Counted from the first letter of the stretch, positions 24,682-36,606 are shown. The stretch is DNA of 61,421 nt from Chrysochromulina tobinii (GCA_001275005.1 JWZX01002777.1:1-61421); one strand, 5' to 3'. A program made the numbers and translations. The notes: generated by a model from the sequence alone, not told the origin.

Positions 24682-25269
24682 ATGGCGGACCAGACCGGTG
24701 ACAGACAGCCCATCTCTCCACAGGGGCGTGAGCTTCAGGCTGTGCGGGAAAGTATAAAGCTGGCTCACCTCAAAAAAGCGTCTTTGGATCAGCGTCTTTG
24801 GACTTACCTTCGTGGCAAAATGGCCACGGCCGGCACTGCTGAGGAGGCTGCCGCACCGCTCACGAGTCTGAGTCCGAAACTTACGAGCGGCGGTAGCGGC
24901 AGCGACGATGATTGGATGGTCATCAGCTCCGGGAGCAGCAGCAGTGTTCAGACAGCGCCGCGAAGTGAGGGAGTTAGGGAAGATGCCTCTCTCACCGGAT
25001 CCGATGACGATGAGCTCGAGCAGGAGCAGATCCGTGCCGATGACAATGACGATGACGGTCTCGTGCTCGAGGAGAATGATAGCGAAGGCGAGGACGGTCT
25101 GTGCCTCGAGGACAACCCAAATGAGGAGGACGCAGCTCTCGAGGACAATCTCACGTCCGATGGCGACGACGGCCTCTGCTTGGAGGAGAACGAGGACGAG
25201 GATGAGGGCAGTGTCGGTCCTCTGAGCTCAATCATGCCGCCGACGAGCGCGGTAAGGGGAAAATTTTAA
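24682..25269 (+). CDS. Acidic low-complexity hypothetical protein
   Basis: ORF with repeated DGL(V/C)LE(E/D)N acidic motifs. Confidence 0.6.
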   Translation: MADQTGDRQPISPQGRELQAVRESIKLAHLKKASLDQRLWTYLRGKMATAGTAEEAAAPLTSLSPKLTSGGSGSDDDWMVISSGSSSSVQTAPRSEGVREDASLTGSDDDELEQEQIRADDNDDDGLVLEENDSEGEDGLCLEDNPNEEDAALEDNLTSDGDDGLCLEENEDEDEGSVGPLSSIMPPTSAVRGKF

Positions 25270-25337
25270 GTTTCATGAGCTCTGTGCGCTTGTACGCCTA
25301 CTGCTGAACACCGTGCACCGATCTGCGATCACACCAC

Positions 25338-26942
25338 TTACGTCAGTAATCTTACGTCACTTGAGTCCTCACGAGGTCGCTTCGATGCGGCCATAGCGGA
25401 GCAGTCTTCCTGGAGCAAGGCGAGCGCCCCTGAGAAGCGCCCAATGTCGTCCTGGAGCGCCCACGTACCATGCGCACACGACGGCGCGAGTCGCGACCCT
25501 TTGGGGGTCAGTCCGGCATGGAAGAAGGCGCCTTCATGGCACACGTCGTAGGAGCGCTCGCGCGTGACGACGTTGGCCAGCCGGGCTGCGGCCGCGAGGG
25601 CAGCGCGCACGCTTGCCGAGGCGTTGATGAAGCCCGTGAGGATGGGCGTGAGCTTGCCGTCCTTCCACGCGTAATGCACGCCAGTCCCTTGAGGGCAGCA
25701 GCGCCATGGCGAGGATTCCAAATCCCATCGAATACATACGCGACCATCCGTGCGCCTTTCGAAGCCGTGCGGATCCTCGATCACCTGGCGCACGTCCGCA
25801 AGCCAGCGCGTCGCGTTCTGCACTAGCAGCGGCGGCCGGCCTGGCCGCGTGAGCGGTTGCTTCGCGCAGCGCCACACCTTGCCTTCATGCCAGTAATGGT
25901 CGAAGGGTACCCATGTGAGCCACTGCGCCTTATAATCGAATTGGGCGGCCATGTGAAAGAGGATGGCGTAGCTGGGTCGGTGGCGCAGCGTCTCACGCAG
26001 TAGTACGCGCTCCTCCCAGCCGCTTTGCCGTTGCTCGCCCGCGCCAGTCTTGAAGCCAAGCTCAAGATGGTTTGGTACCACCGTGTAGAGCGCCCGGCTC
26101 GGCGCGTCGTTACGCAAAATGGAGAGCTGGCCGGCCCATGCGAAACCGAGGGTCGCCCCCGGGAACGTGAGCGCGTCATATTCCCACAGCGATCTCTCGG
26201 GCACAACGGCGCTTAAGTCGCCGAGCAGCAGATCCCAATCCGCCCATCCCCAGTGCGTGTACGTGCGCTCGTCGAGCAGCTCCTCGAAGACGTGCCCATA
26301 AAAGGGCTTGAGATCGCTCAGGCCCTTGGCGCTCGCAAACTTGGCCTCCACCCGTGCGGGCGTCGCGCCCAGCTTCTGCACGAAGCGCGCCTGCAGCGCC
26401 GAGAGAGGCACGTACTCATAGCGCACGTTACGACCCTTGCTAGGCAAGCCGCTGTCCTCGGCGGAGAGCGCGCTGGTGTGCACCACGATGAGCGTGTAGG
26501 TTGGTGCGTTGCGCTCGTACGACGCCACGAGGAACGGCCACCAAGAAGGGAAGCGCGAGCCCACGACTAGCATGATGAGTGCAACGCGTGCCGGTCGCGC
26601 GGTGGTGGTGGCAGCAGGAGCGGCCGTCGCCACAGCGATGGGTGGATCCGCCGTGCGGGGAGCTTCAGTCGCCGTGAATGCTGCTGCAGGCATCGGCGTC
26701 GTGTGAGCGGTTGTCGTCGCGGCGAGTGTCAATGCGCTCACCGCGCCCACAGGTCGTGGCAGTTGTCCCGTCAGGACTTGAATGCTCGGCGTCGAGGCCT
26801 TGGCCAGCAGCAACAAAAGGACGCTTGCTCCGAGCAGAGTGATGAAGGTACTCATGCGCAGCGTTCCGCTTCGTGGCTTTGCCTCGTCGGACAGGCGCGT
26901 GTCGCCCGATTGTGCGGCCTCGCGGTGCTGCCGTGCGCGCAT
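25338..26942 (-). CDS. DUF6625-like type II membrane glycosyltransferase
   Basis: N-terminal TM helix. DLKPFYGHVF...YTHWGWADWDLLLGDL matches the DUF6625-type DxD region as recalled. Confidence 0.7.
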   Translation of the reverse strand: MRARQHREAAQSGDTRLSDEAKPRSGTLRMSTFITLLGASVLLLLLAKASTPSIQVLTGQLPRPVGAVSALTLAATTTAHTTPMPAAAFTATEAPRTADPPIAVATAAPAATTTARPARVALIMLVVGSRFPSWWPFLVASYERNAPTYTLIVVHTSALSAEDSGLPSKGRNVRYEYVPLSALQARFVQKLGATPARVEAKFASAKGLSDLKPFYGHVFEELLDERTYTHWGWADWDLLLGDLSAVVPERSLWEYDALTFPGATLGFAWAGQLSILRNDAPSRALYTVVPNHLELGFKTGAGEQRQSGWEERVLLRETLRHRPSYAILFHMAAQFDYKAQWLTWVPFDHYWHEGKVWRCAKQPLTRPGRPPLLVQNATRWLADVRQVIEDPHGFERRTDGRVCIRWDLESSPWRCCPQGTGVHYAWKDGKLTPILTGFINASASVRAALAAAARLANVVTRERSYDVCHEGAFFHAGLTPKGSRLAPSCAHGTWALQDDIGRFSGALALLQEDCSAMAASKRPREDSSDVRLLT

Positions 26943-27039
26943 TGGTGTACTGTGAACAACGGTTCAAATTTTAGAAGCTGTTTGTGTTGTCAAGTTTGTA
27001 TGAACGTGTAGGTGTGTCGTACCTTTGATTTCCTTTTTC

Positions 27040-29511
27040 ATGAAAGGTAAGCGCGCGAAGCGTCGCTGGATGACCACGGGCGAGAGGAAAGATGAAAAAA
27101 CAAGAATGCCCGGGCAAGTGATGCGTAAATCGCCTGGCGGCCCGTACGAAGCGACTCCGGACGGCAAACGCTTCAAGGTGTTGGAGGCGTTCTCCGGACG
27201 GCAAAGATTACTAGGAGATGACCCCCATTCGGTCGAGTGGAGCCCAGGCGGGTACAAACGACAAGCACCGACACGCACGGGAACTGCCAGTGGAACTCGC
27301 AGCTCTGGGGATCACTTGTCGCTCTCAGTTCAGCATTTCTGCCAAGCTCTGTCGTCGGCCGTGTGCGGGCCTTCGGAACCATCAGATCCTGACGAGGACC
27401 AGGCAGCGGAGGTGAAACGCGCGCGCACGGACGGCATCTTCCTGCCCACGGACAAATGGAAGGAGTCGTGGGACCTTATCGTGCTGAACTTGATCATCTA
27501 CTCGGCGGTCATGGTGCCGTACAGGATCTGCTTCAACGCGCCTGCAACAGGATGGCTCGATAAGTTCGAGATTTCCCTGTCCCTACTCTTCTTCGTCGAC
27601 GTCATCTTCAATTTCAATACCGCTTACGCTGAGGGAGATAAGTGGGTCGTCGACCGTCCTTCGATCGCCTTGCGCTACCTGCAGGGATGGTTCTGGATCG
27701 ATTTTCCATCGTGTATACCTGTAGGATTAATCGACTCACTCTTCGCGGGCGAGCAGGATGAGCTGGGCATGCTTCGCTTCTTGCGCCTCTTTCGGCTTCT
27801 CCGCCTGCTCAAGCTGCTTCGGCTCGCCACCATCGTCGCTGAGCTCGAGGACCGCTTCGATCTCAACCTTTGCTTCTTGCGGATCATGCAGATGCTCCTC
27901 GCGCTCATCTTCCTGGCGCATATCTTAGCGTGCTTCTGGTTCTACATGGCGACCATTGTCGGCATAGATCCCGATATCGTCACGTGGGTCAGCACGTACA
28001 AGGATGGGTACCTCCTCGAGGAGCCGCCGGAAGCGCAGTACCTCGCCTCCATGTATTGGGCACTGACCACACTGACCACGGTCGGCTACGGCGACATCGT
28101 CGCCACGAACGATGTCGAGCGCAGCTATGCCGTGTTTGCACTGCTCATGGGCGCGCTTGTCTTCGGCTACATGATCTCATCGATCGCGTCGCTCGTCAAG
28201 GCGCTCGATCGGCAAGGCGGCCTAACGGAAGAGCGGATGGACGAGATCAAGGAGTACATGCGCTGGCGCAAGCTGCCTCGTGAGCTGATGGTCCGAATGC
28301 GCAAGTACTATGAGAACTACTACGACACGTGCACGGCCTTTGACGAGCATGCCATCCTCGGCAATCTTACGCCGTCGATGCGACTGGAGGTTGTCGAGCA
28401 CATCCTAAAGGATACGATTGGCAAGATCCCGCTGTTCGCGAGGACGCTCGATCGCCAGATGCAGGTCGATATCTTCGCGCTGTGCAAGCCGCTTTTCGCG
28501 GTGGCAAAAGATATCATCTACACGCGCGGCGACCTGCCGCTCGGCCTGTACATCCTCATGAAGGGGCAAGCGGAGGCAGTATCTTCCATGGACGGTCGGT
28601 CCCTCTACCGAGTCAGCCACTTAAAATTCTTTGGCACCTCCGTGCTCACAGGGCGGCGCTATTCCGCGACGCATCGCGCGATCACGCCGTGCGAGATGGC
28701 GACCATCGCCGCGGACGATCTCCGGAAGCTCTTCCACAGCTTCTCGGTCGAGGGTAAGGTGCTCTACCAGTCACTTTTGCGCTCTCATCAGCAGAAGGAG
28801 ACTGTGCGCCGCGTGCAGATGCGCATGTACGTCATCGTGAGTTTGGCAGAATACGACGGGACGCTGGTGGAGTTGGAGGCCAAGAAAAACATCTACGCGT
28901 TGCGTTTGCAGCTTGCTTGGGAGAGGAAGTTTGAGTCCGCCTCGTTACAGCTTATGCCTGGCTTTACGGGATCTCTTGTCTCTATGTTAGAGAAGAAGAG
29001 AGGCCGCGTTGTGGCCCCGCTGGTCGAGGAAAGCAAAACAATTGCTAAGCTGGAGATCCCAGCTCTTGGCGCGACGTTGCCAAAGGCGGATGCATCGACT
29101 ACGCGTCTGGATGACCTGCATTCGGACATGCAGGGTCTGCAACGCGACATGAGGGTGCTGATCGAGCATGTCGCCAGCCTGAGTGCAAAGGTGATCGAGG
29201 CCGATCTTCGCACTCAGACCACTGACCTGCTCCTCGCCCAGGGCGGGGATCATGGCTCCACGGTGGCGCTTGAGCCGATGCCAACGTCGGCAACGGCCTG
29301 CATGTCACCATGGCCCATGGGGGCCACGTGCTGCGGCCAGGCATTGCCTACCGAAGGCTCGTTGAATACCGAGGTACGAGCTGCCGAGTCGTCGATGCCC
29401 TCGCTCCATTCACCAAGGTGCACCTCGCCACGGATGTATATGGCGCGGGTCGCACAGGAGCGTGCGGGGGCGGGGGCGGGCCCGACCCCAAACCGCTCTG
29501 CGCGAGGATGA
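27040..29511 (+). CDS. Voltage-gated K+ channel of the CNBD (EAG/HCN/CNG-like) superfamily
   Basis: Six TM segments, S4 LRFLRLFRLLRLLKLLR, pore TTLTTVGYGD, C-linker and cyclic-nucleotide-binding-like domain. Intronless. Confidence 0.95.
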   Translation: MKGKRAKRRWMTTGERKDEKTRMPGQVMRKSPGGPYEATPDGKRFKVLEAFSGRQRLLGDDPHSVEWSPGGYKRQAPTRTGTASGTRSSGDHLSLSVQHFCQALSSAVCGPSEPSDPDEDQAAEVKRARTDGIFLPTDKWKESWDLIVLNLIIYSAVMVPYRICFNAPATGWLDKFEISLSLLFFVDVIFNFNTAYAEGDKWVVDRPSIALRYLQGWFWIDFPSCIPVGLIDSLFAGEQDELGMLRFLRLFRLLRLLKLLRLATIVAELEDRFDLNLCFLRIMQMLLALIFLAHILACFWFYMATIVGIDPDIVTWVSTYKDGYLLEEPPEAQYLASMYWALTTLTTVGYGDIVATNDVERSYAVFALLMGALVFGYMISSIASLVKALDRQGGLTEERMDEIKEYMRWRKLPRELMVRMRKYYENYYDTCTAFDEHAILGNLTPSMRLEVVEHILKDTIGKIPLFARTLDRQMQVDIFALCKPLFAVAKDIIYTRGDLPLGLYILMKGQAEAVSSMDGRSLYRVSHLKFFGTSVLTGRRYSATHRAITPCEMATIAADDLRKLFHSFSVEGKVLYQSLLRSHQQKETVRRVQMRMYVIVSLAEYDGTLVELEAKKNIYALRLQLAWERKFESASLQLMPGFTGSLVSMLEKKRGRVVAPLVEESKTIAKLEIPALGATLPKADASTTRLDDLHSDMQGLQRDMRVLIEHVASLSAKVIEADLRTQTTDLLLAQGGDHGSTVALEPMPTSATACMSPWPMGATCCGQALPTEGSLNTEVRAAESSMPSLHSPRCTSPRMYMARVAQERAGAGAGPTPNRSARG

Positions 29512-29921
29512 GGTGCATCAACTCCATACCTCTACAATAACCCTACAAGAACAGCTGGAGCGTGAAGACAGGAGGCACTGCGCGTCGATGGGGAGTAGTG
29601 ATAGCAGACAATGCGCGTCGATCGGGGAATGCCACGTGGACACCCCGATGGCGATGCACGGATAGGGCATGTGGGGCGTGGACAGATGTATAGATTTCGC
29701 GGTGTCCCGGTGACTGCGCCCCGGCGTGCAGCCGCACGTCGGTCCGTCTCCTGCCGGGAACGACGAAGTCGAGATCGCGTCGGAAGATAGACACCTCCGA
29801 TTGGATGTGGGGCGAGTTGGGGCGACTTTCAAAGCTTCTAACGCATTATCTGTCGAGTTTTGGGTGTGTGTCTCGTTACGTTCGACGGTATCACAACCAT
29901 ATATGTTATATCGATTCTTTC

Positions 29922-31734
29922 TTACCCCCGTGGGAGTGGAGAGGCGGCAGCGTCAATCGGCTGCCCGTTGGCGCCCGCCGCGACCGGCGCCGGCGCCGCC
30001 AACTGTTCGATCCGGTTGATGAGCTTCGCGAGGGCCTCGGCCTGCGCGTGGTGCATCTCGCGCAGCGCTTGCATATCGGCGGCCACGCGCTGCTCGAGTG
30101 CGTCCATCCGGCGCACCATCGTCGACATCGTCCCCGGGTCCGACAGGGATTCCAAATTGAGGAGGCGTCGCTGCTCGCGCTGCCGCTGCACGCGGTGCAG
30201 CAGCATGAGGCGCACATGGCGCGTATTGAGCGCTGTGGTGGACGCCGCAAGCGCTGACGAGGCAGTGCGCCGCATCACGCGGCGACCCCGGAATGACGGA
30301 GCGGCGGGCGCCGTCGCGGGCGCCGTCGCGGGCGCCGTCGCGGGCGCCGTCGTGGGTGCGTCGCCCGAGGTCAGGCAAAGGTCACCGACGAGAGGTGGCA
30401 CACGCTCCACACTCAGCGCTCGACGCGTCAAGGCGCCTCGCACGCGCCACACTTGCTGCACGAGTAGGGCGGCGGCCTCCATCTCGACCTTCTCGAGCTC
30501 GTTGTCGAGGACGCGTCGTAGTAAGGTCGTTTCGAAGTTGCTCAGTGAGAGACTGTCAGTGACCACCATCGACGTCAGTGCGAGCAGCACGATGCCGCAC
30601 ACGCATGCGAAGGAAGACACCACACGCCCAATCGGATCGTTCGGCGTGTAGTCGCCGTAGCCGACGGTGGTCATCGTGCCAATCATGAACCTGATGAGGG
30701 AGGCGATCAGGGAGGCGATCAGCGGGCACGTCCCAAACTCATCAGTGCGACGAAACGCATCAGTGCGACGAAACTCATCAGTGCGACGAAACGCATCAGT
30801 GCGACGAAACTCATCAGTGCGACGAAACTCATCAGTGCGACGGGTCGGAGCATGCGAGCACGAACCATGCCGAGTTGCCGATCTTGCTGAATTCAGGGTT
30901 GCAGTCGCGCTCGATCACGTGGACCCAATACGTGAGCGTCAGGTATGCATAGAAGAACATAACGCAGATGAACTTGAGAGAGTGCCTCGCGTACACGAGC
31001 CGAACGGTCGTACCCCAAGTGAGAAACGGCAGACCGGCCTCACGTCGCAGCATCTCTCGATACTGAAAAATGGTGCTAAAGTCGCGCACGATGCGCAGCG
31101 CCAGGTACGGCAGGCGCAGGTTGATCGCAAACGCGAGCTGCTCGTACCAGAGCGCCGAGACCCACGGTACAGGCTGCACCGCCAGCAAGATCGCCTCGAT
31201 TAGGAAGACCTTGAGCGTGGGACCTCGCCACAAAGACGGCGGGCGCATGGCGACCTGGCTCCCGGGCTGCGCGCGGTACACGTGCGCCAGAGGGTCGCGC
31301 GGCACGAGCGACACGCTGCAGTATGCCTTGTACTTGACATCGTAGTACGAGTACAGGACCAGCCACAAGAGCACCGTTAATCCAAAGTTGACGAAGCACA
31401 GCGGCCGCGTGTACGTTTGATTGAAGGTGACGCCGGGATCGCACTCCAACGGGTCGACCGCAATGCCATCCTTCGTGTAGTTAGTCGGTATCTCCTCGAA
31501 ACTGAGCTCGAGCGAGGTGTACGCGAGTGCGAGCTGTAGCGCCGAAAGAGCAAACAGCGCCAGGTTGCGGCGCCGGAGCGGCTTCTCAAAGCGGGCCGCA
31601 TTGGCAATCGACTCGAACTTCCGAGGATGGCGCGGGTAATCACCCACAAAGGAGGTCCCAGCATCGAGCAACGGCGCTTCCAGGAAGCCCTGCATTGCTT
31701 TCCACGTCCAGACCCTAGAGCCAAGAAACAACAA
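29922..31734 (-). CDS. K+ channel, SK/KCNN-like; intron 30865-30691; start uncertain
   Basis: TM helices. Splicing joins NSAW|FMIGTMTTVGYGDYTP..PIGR. An IQ-like AALLVQQVWR motif and a C-terminal coiled coil follow. Confidence 0.85.
30736..30842. repeat. Intronic 18-nt tandem repeat x6
   Basis: Tandem units of (T/G)CATCAGTGCGACGAAAC. Confidence 0.9.
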
Positions 31735-32055
31735 GCTCCGAGTCGACCCAATCGGTGCTTTGCGGACGGGTCCTCCGATGTGAACGTGAACAGGCGCGTA
31801 TCGTGATGCGGCTTCGCCCCTCGCCAGGAGGAAGTTCTAGCCGCCCGATGGTCACCCCCTCCTTGGGAACTGCGCGCGGTCCAAAATAAGACAAAAGACA
31901 ACTCTCCTCTCTCGTAGCGCTCCGCCCCGCTCCCGCGTCCCGGCTCCCGCGGTCCAACATTGTGGTATTACTGTAGTACAGAGTACTCGCTCCCGCCGGG
32001 CTAATCAACGCGGCTATTTTTCTCTCTAACTCTATCTCTAGCAGGTGCCTACACC

Positions 32056-35000
32056 CTACAGGCCGTAGTGCCATTCGCTCGGCGCGCTCTCGCACAAGCA
32101 GCGCCTAGGCTCCACGCGCTCCTCGGCGGCCAGCCTCCGATTGGCGAGGATGCGCATCAATGTGGGGACAACGCCCGTCTGGTGCGCGCGCTGCGCGGCG
32201 GGCGCACACGAGGCGGGCGGTACCTCCTCCCCCCAGCTCATGTGCGTCGCCGCGCACGCCATCTCGCAGCGCATGCGCGTCACGTCAGCGTCAGAGACCT
32301 CAGCGAGGGCACGTCGTAGGCGCTCCCCGAGGGTACCTGATGAGGGATGCAATCAGAGCCCATCAGGGAGGCACTCAGAGGCCATCAGAGCCCATCAGAA
32401 TGGCACTCAGAGTGGCACTCGGAGGCCATCAGGGAGGCACTCAGGGAGGCCATCCGATGTACCGAGTGGCGCGTCGGCGACAAAGAGGGAGAAGTTTCGC
32501 CACGGTACGAAGGGTTCGAGAGCGCGGACGGAGCCCTCGGGAGCGATCGAGATCGGGATGCACCCCTGGCGTACTGCACTCGCCGAGCGACCTTCCCAAC
32601 CGTTGCCACGTCCATAGGGTGCAAGGCAGAAGGTGGACGGTGTGGGCATGTGGGGCGAGAGGAAGCCGTAGCGCGGGTGCTCGGGTTCGGTCGAGACGAG
32701 CGCCTCTTCGGGCAAGAGCCTCACATTACGCTTCCGGTGGTCCATGTTATTTGTGTCTGTCACGAGGGAGCCGAGGGGAAGCTCAACGTCAGGTCATCAA
32801 GGATGATTAAGGATGATGAAGGATGATGAAGGATGATGAAGGTTCGTCAGGTTCGTTGATGACCTGTCACGAGGGAGCCGAGGGGAAGCTCGGCGTCGGA
32901 GGCGGTCGAAAGCCAGCGGCGAACGCGCACGCCGCTGCCGCCGTGCCGCCCCATGCCGCCGCCCGACGCCTGCCCCGCCCAGGTGACGACGAAACTACGA
33001 TTGTTCACAGCGGGCCCCCAGGGCGAGCTCGCGAGCGAGATCGGGACGAGCTTGCAATCTGGCTGGCTGGATGGTCGTCGTCGCCGCCGCCGCGCCGCCG
33101 CCGCCGCGCCGCAGCAGCGATCATGCGCCGACGGCCCTCCCTTGAGATCATGTGTCGGTGGGAGGACTACGTCTTTGCCAGGTACGAAGCCGACCTCCGG
33201 ATTACCCGTAAGTGTGAGCGCGACAAAGTGTCGTGAGGATCCCTGCGCTTAGCATGCATCGGGTTCGAATCAGAGGTCATCCACGGCCGTCCGAGGCCAT
33301 CAGAGGCACGCACCTGCGACGCATCGACCTCGGGCGAAAGGGGCGGCTGCATGCGCGGCCTCGGCAAGTCCATGGCCATGTCTCCCGGAAAGAGCAGCAG
33401 ATGATTAGGCTGCGCCCGCCGGAGCGAGGCATTGAAGTACGGCCACGTGGCGCGTACGTAGCCAAGCAACGCTGCCACGCCCATTCGGCCGCGCCCACCT
33501 GATGAGGGGTGCAATCAGTTGTCATCAACGTTCATCAACCGACGCAATCACGTCCATTCGGCCGCGCCCACCTGATGAGGGGGGCAATCAGTGGCCATCA
33601 GCGTTCTCATCAGCCGTCTCAATCAGAGGGGCACATTCGAGCGCCCACCCCAATGAAACGGCAGCGGCAAGTAGTAAAAGTCCGCAAGCTCCGGATTGGA
33701 CGACCGGTGTGGGGAATTGAGGAGCGCTCGGCCGAGGACCTGATGAGGGGGGCAATCAGTGGCACTCAAGTAGAAGCGCTCGGCCGAGGACCTGATGAGG
33801 GGGGCAATCAGTGGCACTCAAGTAGAAGCGCTCGGCCGAGGACCTGCGCGAGGATCTCTTGGCCCGTGATCGCCGTGTGCATGCGGACGAGCTCCGCAGG
33901 TAACTCATAGACGTATACGGTAGGGCGGGGTGGCGCGGCTGCAATGCGCGGCGCGGGGGCTGCGGACAACGCTCTAGATGCCCAGGACAACGCTCTAGAT
34001 GCCCCCTCTGCACGCGTGAGATTTCGGACCTCCGGCGTCGCGTGCGCCAGCGGGGCCACCTGCCCTACCGGCCTCCACTCTGCCGTCGTCGGCATCATCA
34101 TCTGGCGTAGCCGCCGTCTTGAGCGCCGTCTTGAGCGCCGATCGGAGTCTGGCTGGCTGGTATACACGATGCCAGACGTCCAGAGCCGACGCAGGTACGC
34201 ACGCAGGTAGCCACGATCCGAGTTGCGAACCTCGAGGATACCCTCGAGCACCTGATGAGGGATGCAATCAGCATGCAATCAGCATGCAATCAGCATGCAA
34301 TCATCGATCCGAGTTGCGAACTTGGAGGATGCCCTCGAGCAACTGATGAGGGTGCCCATCAGCATGCACTCAGAGACCTATCACTGATGAGGGAGCCCAT
34401 CAGCATGCACTCAGAGACGCAATCGGAGGCACTCAGTGGACGGATGCCGGCACAAGCGCCGTCCTGAGCACCTGCCGCAGAGTGCTCCACGGCAGCGTGA
34501 CCGCGTGATCTCGCGCGTCCCACACCGACACATCATCCTTCGGACGCGGTACTGAGAGCTTGGCACCGCCTGACGAGACTTGCCAATAGAGGATTGCCTG
34601 CTCGAGCGACGTGAGCGCGCGAAAGTACTTATCCGGCCACACGCCCTCGAAGCGATACGGGCGCACCTGATGAGGGATGCAATCAGCATGCAATCAGCAT
34701 GCAATCAGCATGCAATCAGCCCGTACTCATTCGGCCACACGCCCTCGAAGCGATACGGGCGCACTTGATGAGGGAGGCAATCAGCATGCGCTCATCTGTC
34801 AGACAACCTTCGGGGGGCACTTGATGAGGGAGGCAATCAGCATGCGCTCATCTGTCAGACAACCTTCGGGGCGCACCTCAACCAACGAGGCGCCACGCAG
34901 CATGAAGAAGGCGTTTGCCAGACCCGCACCGTGAGTGCCGACAAGCACGTCGGCGACCCGCGCGGCATGCACATCGCTGCGCAAGCTGCCTAATTTAGAA

Positions 35001-36542
35001 GGCGACCCAAACTCGTGAGCACTACACAAGACGCGCGTGCGGTGCGGCCACTTGGAGGGCGGCGTATGCTCACCTGATGAGGGTGGCCATCAAGGGTGAT
35101 CAAGGGTGATCAAGGTTAATAAGTGTTAATCAAGGTTAATCAAAGGTTAATCAGTGTGTGTGCACATAGCGGTGCAGCAGCTCGTGAAAGGTTCGTCAAA
35201 CCAGAGAAATCAAGGGTACTCAATGGTAATCAATGGTACTCGAAGGTAATCAAGGGAACTCGATGGTCATCAAGGGAACTCGATGCTCACAGCGGTGCAG
35301 CAGCTGGTGCAGGTTCGTCAAGCTTCGCGAGAATTGGGTCCGCGTGCGATTGACGAACACGACGCGCAGCACGGGCGGTCCCGTGGAGGCAGGCTGTGGA
35401 AGGCGGGCTGTGGAAGGCAGGCTGTGGAAGGCGGGCTGTGAAGGCGAGCTGTGGAAGGCGGGCGCCGCCGCGGGCGCGGGCTCGCCGAGCGCCGTTGCCA
35501 CCGGAACCAACGGGCCGTTGGCTGTGAAGGCCCGTTGGCTGTGAAGGCGGGCTGTGGAAGGCGGGCTCGCCGTTGCCACCGGAACGGGCCGCCCGCCTTC
35601 CACAGCCCGAGCGACGCGTTGGCCTGCTCGCCACGGCGCCATTGGCGGCCCGTATGGGTCAAAGGTGGATCTGAAGTTACACACGAGCACGCGCTCGTAG
35701 CAGGTAGAAGCACAGGGCTGCTCTAATGGACGCCGGCGCCGGCGTGCACCGCCCTCCGAGTCGCGGCGGCGTCGGGTGCGTTTCTCACCCATCTCGTCGA
35801 GCCTCCGGCGAGCGGCAGCGTCGTCGCGGGCACTGGGTAGGCGGCTCTCACCCATCTTGTCGAGCCTCCGGCGAGCGGCAGCGTCGTCGCGGGCACTGGG
35901 AAGGCGGCTCTCACCCATCTCCTCGAGCCCCCGGCGAGCGGCAGCGTCGTCGCGGGCACTGGGAAGGCGGCTCTCACCCATCTCGTCGAGCCTCCGGCGA
36001 GCGGCAGCGTCGTCGCATTTCGGAGCGACCTCGCGAACGGTACGAATGGGCTGCGTGCTCAGGCTGCCGATCATACGATAGATCGGATTCTTGGAACGCG
36101 GCCATGCGACCAGGTCCGGGCGCAGCTGCACGTGCTCGTTGATCAAGCCCGCCGACAGTAACTCATCGATCGGCACCAGCGACGACACGAATGAGTCGGC
36201 GAAGCTGAACGCCCATACCGGTATCCAGACGAGAGGCACGCATCGCGACAGCTGCTCCGCCTGGCGCAATAGGAGCGAGGCCGCAGTGGATCCGGTCGCG
36301 GGTGGCCGCATCGGATGAAGCTGCGCGAGCGGAAACGTGGCGTGCGAGCCAAACTGCGAGCGCACGATCATCGAGGTTGCGATGCGCAACGCTGCATTCG
36401 CGTCCGGACCAGGTTCGTACGGCAGGATCGTGCCGTTGAAGAAGCATAGACGCCGAAGCACCTCGCAGCGGTGACGATGCCGAGACGAATTCACCAGCCC
36501 GGCGACATCAATCGCGGCGGCGGCGCACGATGAGTCGGCCAT
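32056..36542 (-). CDS. Fused glycosyltransferase: GT61 (DUF563) domain + exostosin GT47 domain; multi-exon
   Basis: GT61 motifs RVVFVNR and ADVLVGTHGAGLANAFFM..GASLVEVRPY. GT47 motifs VYVYELP, LLNSPHRSSNPELADFYYLP, WPYFN and FCLAPYG.G.GW.GR..SAVRQGCIP. Exons join in frame across introns 34876-34667, 34471-34252, 33843-33740 and 33648-33499. Confidence 0.8.
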
Positions 36543-36606
36543 CGGGAGAGGTGTGAAAGTTCTCAGTCCAAACACGGGTGGGACCGTCAGAAAACAAACA
36601 TGAACA

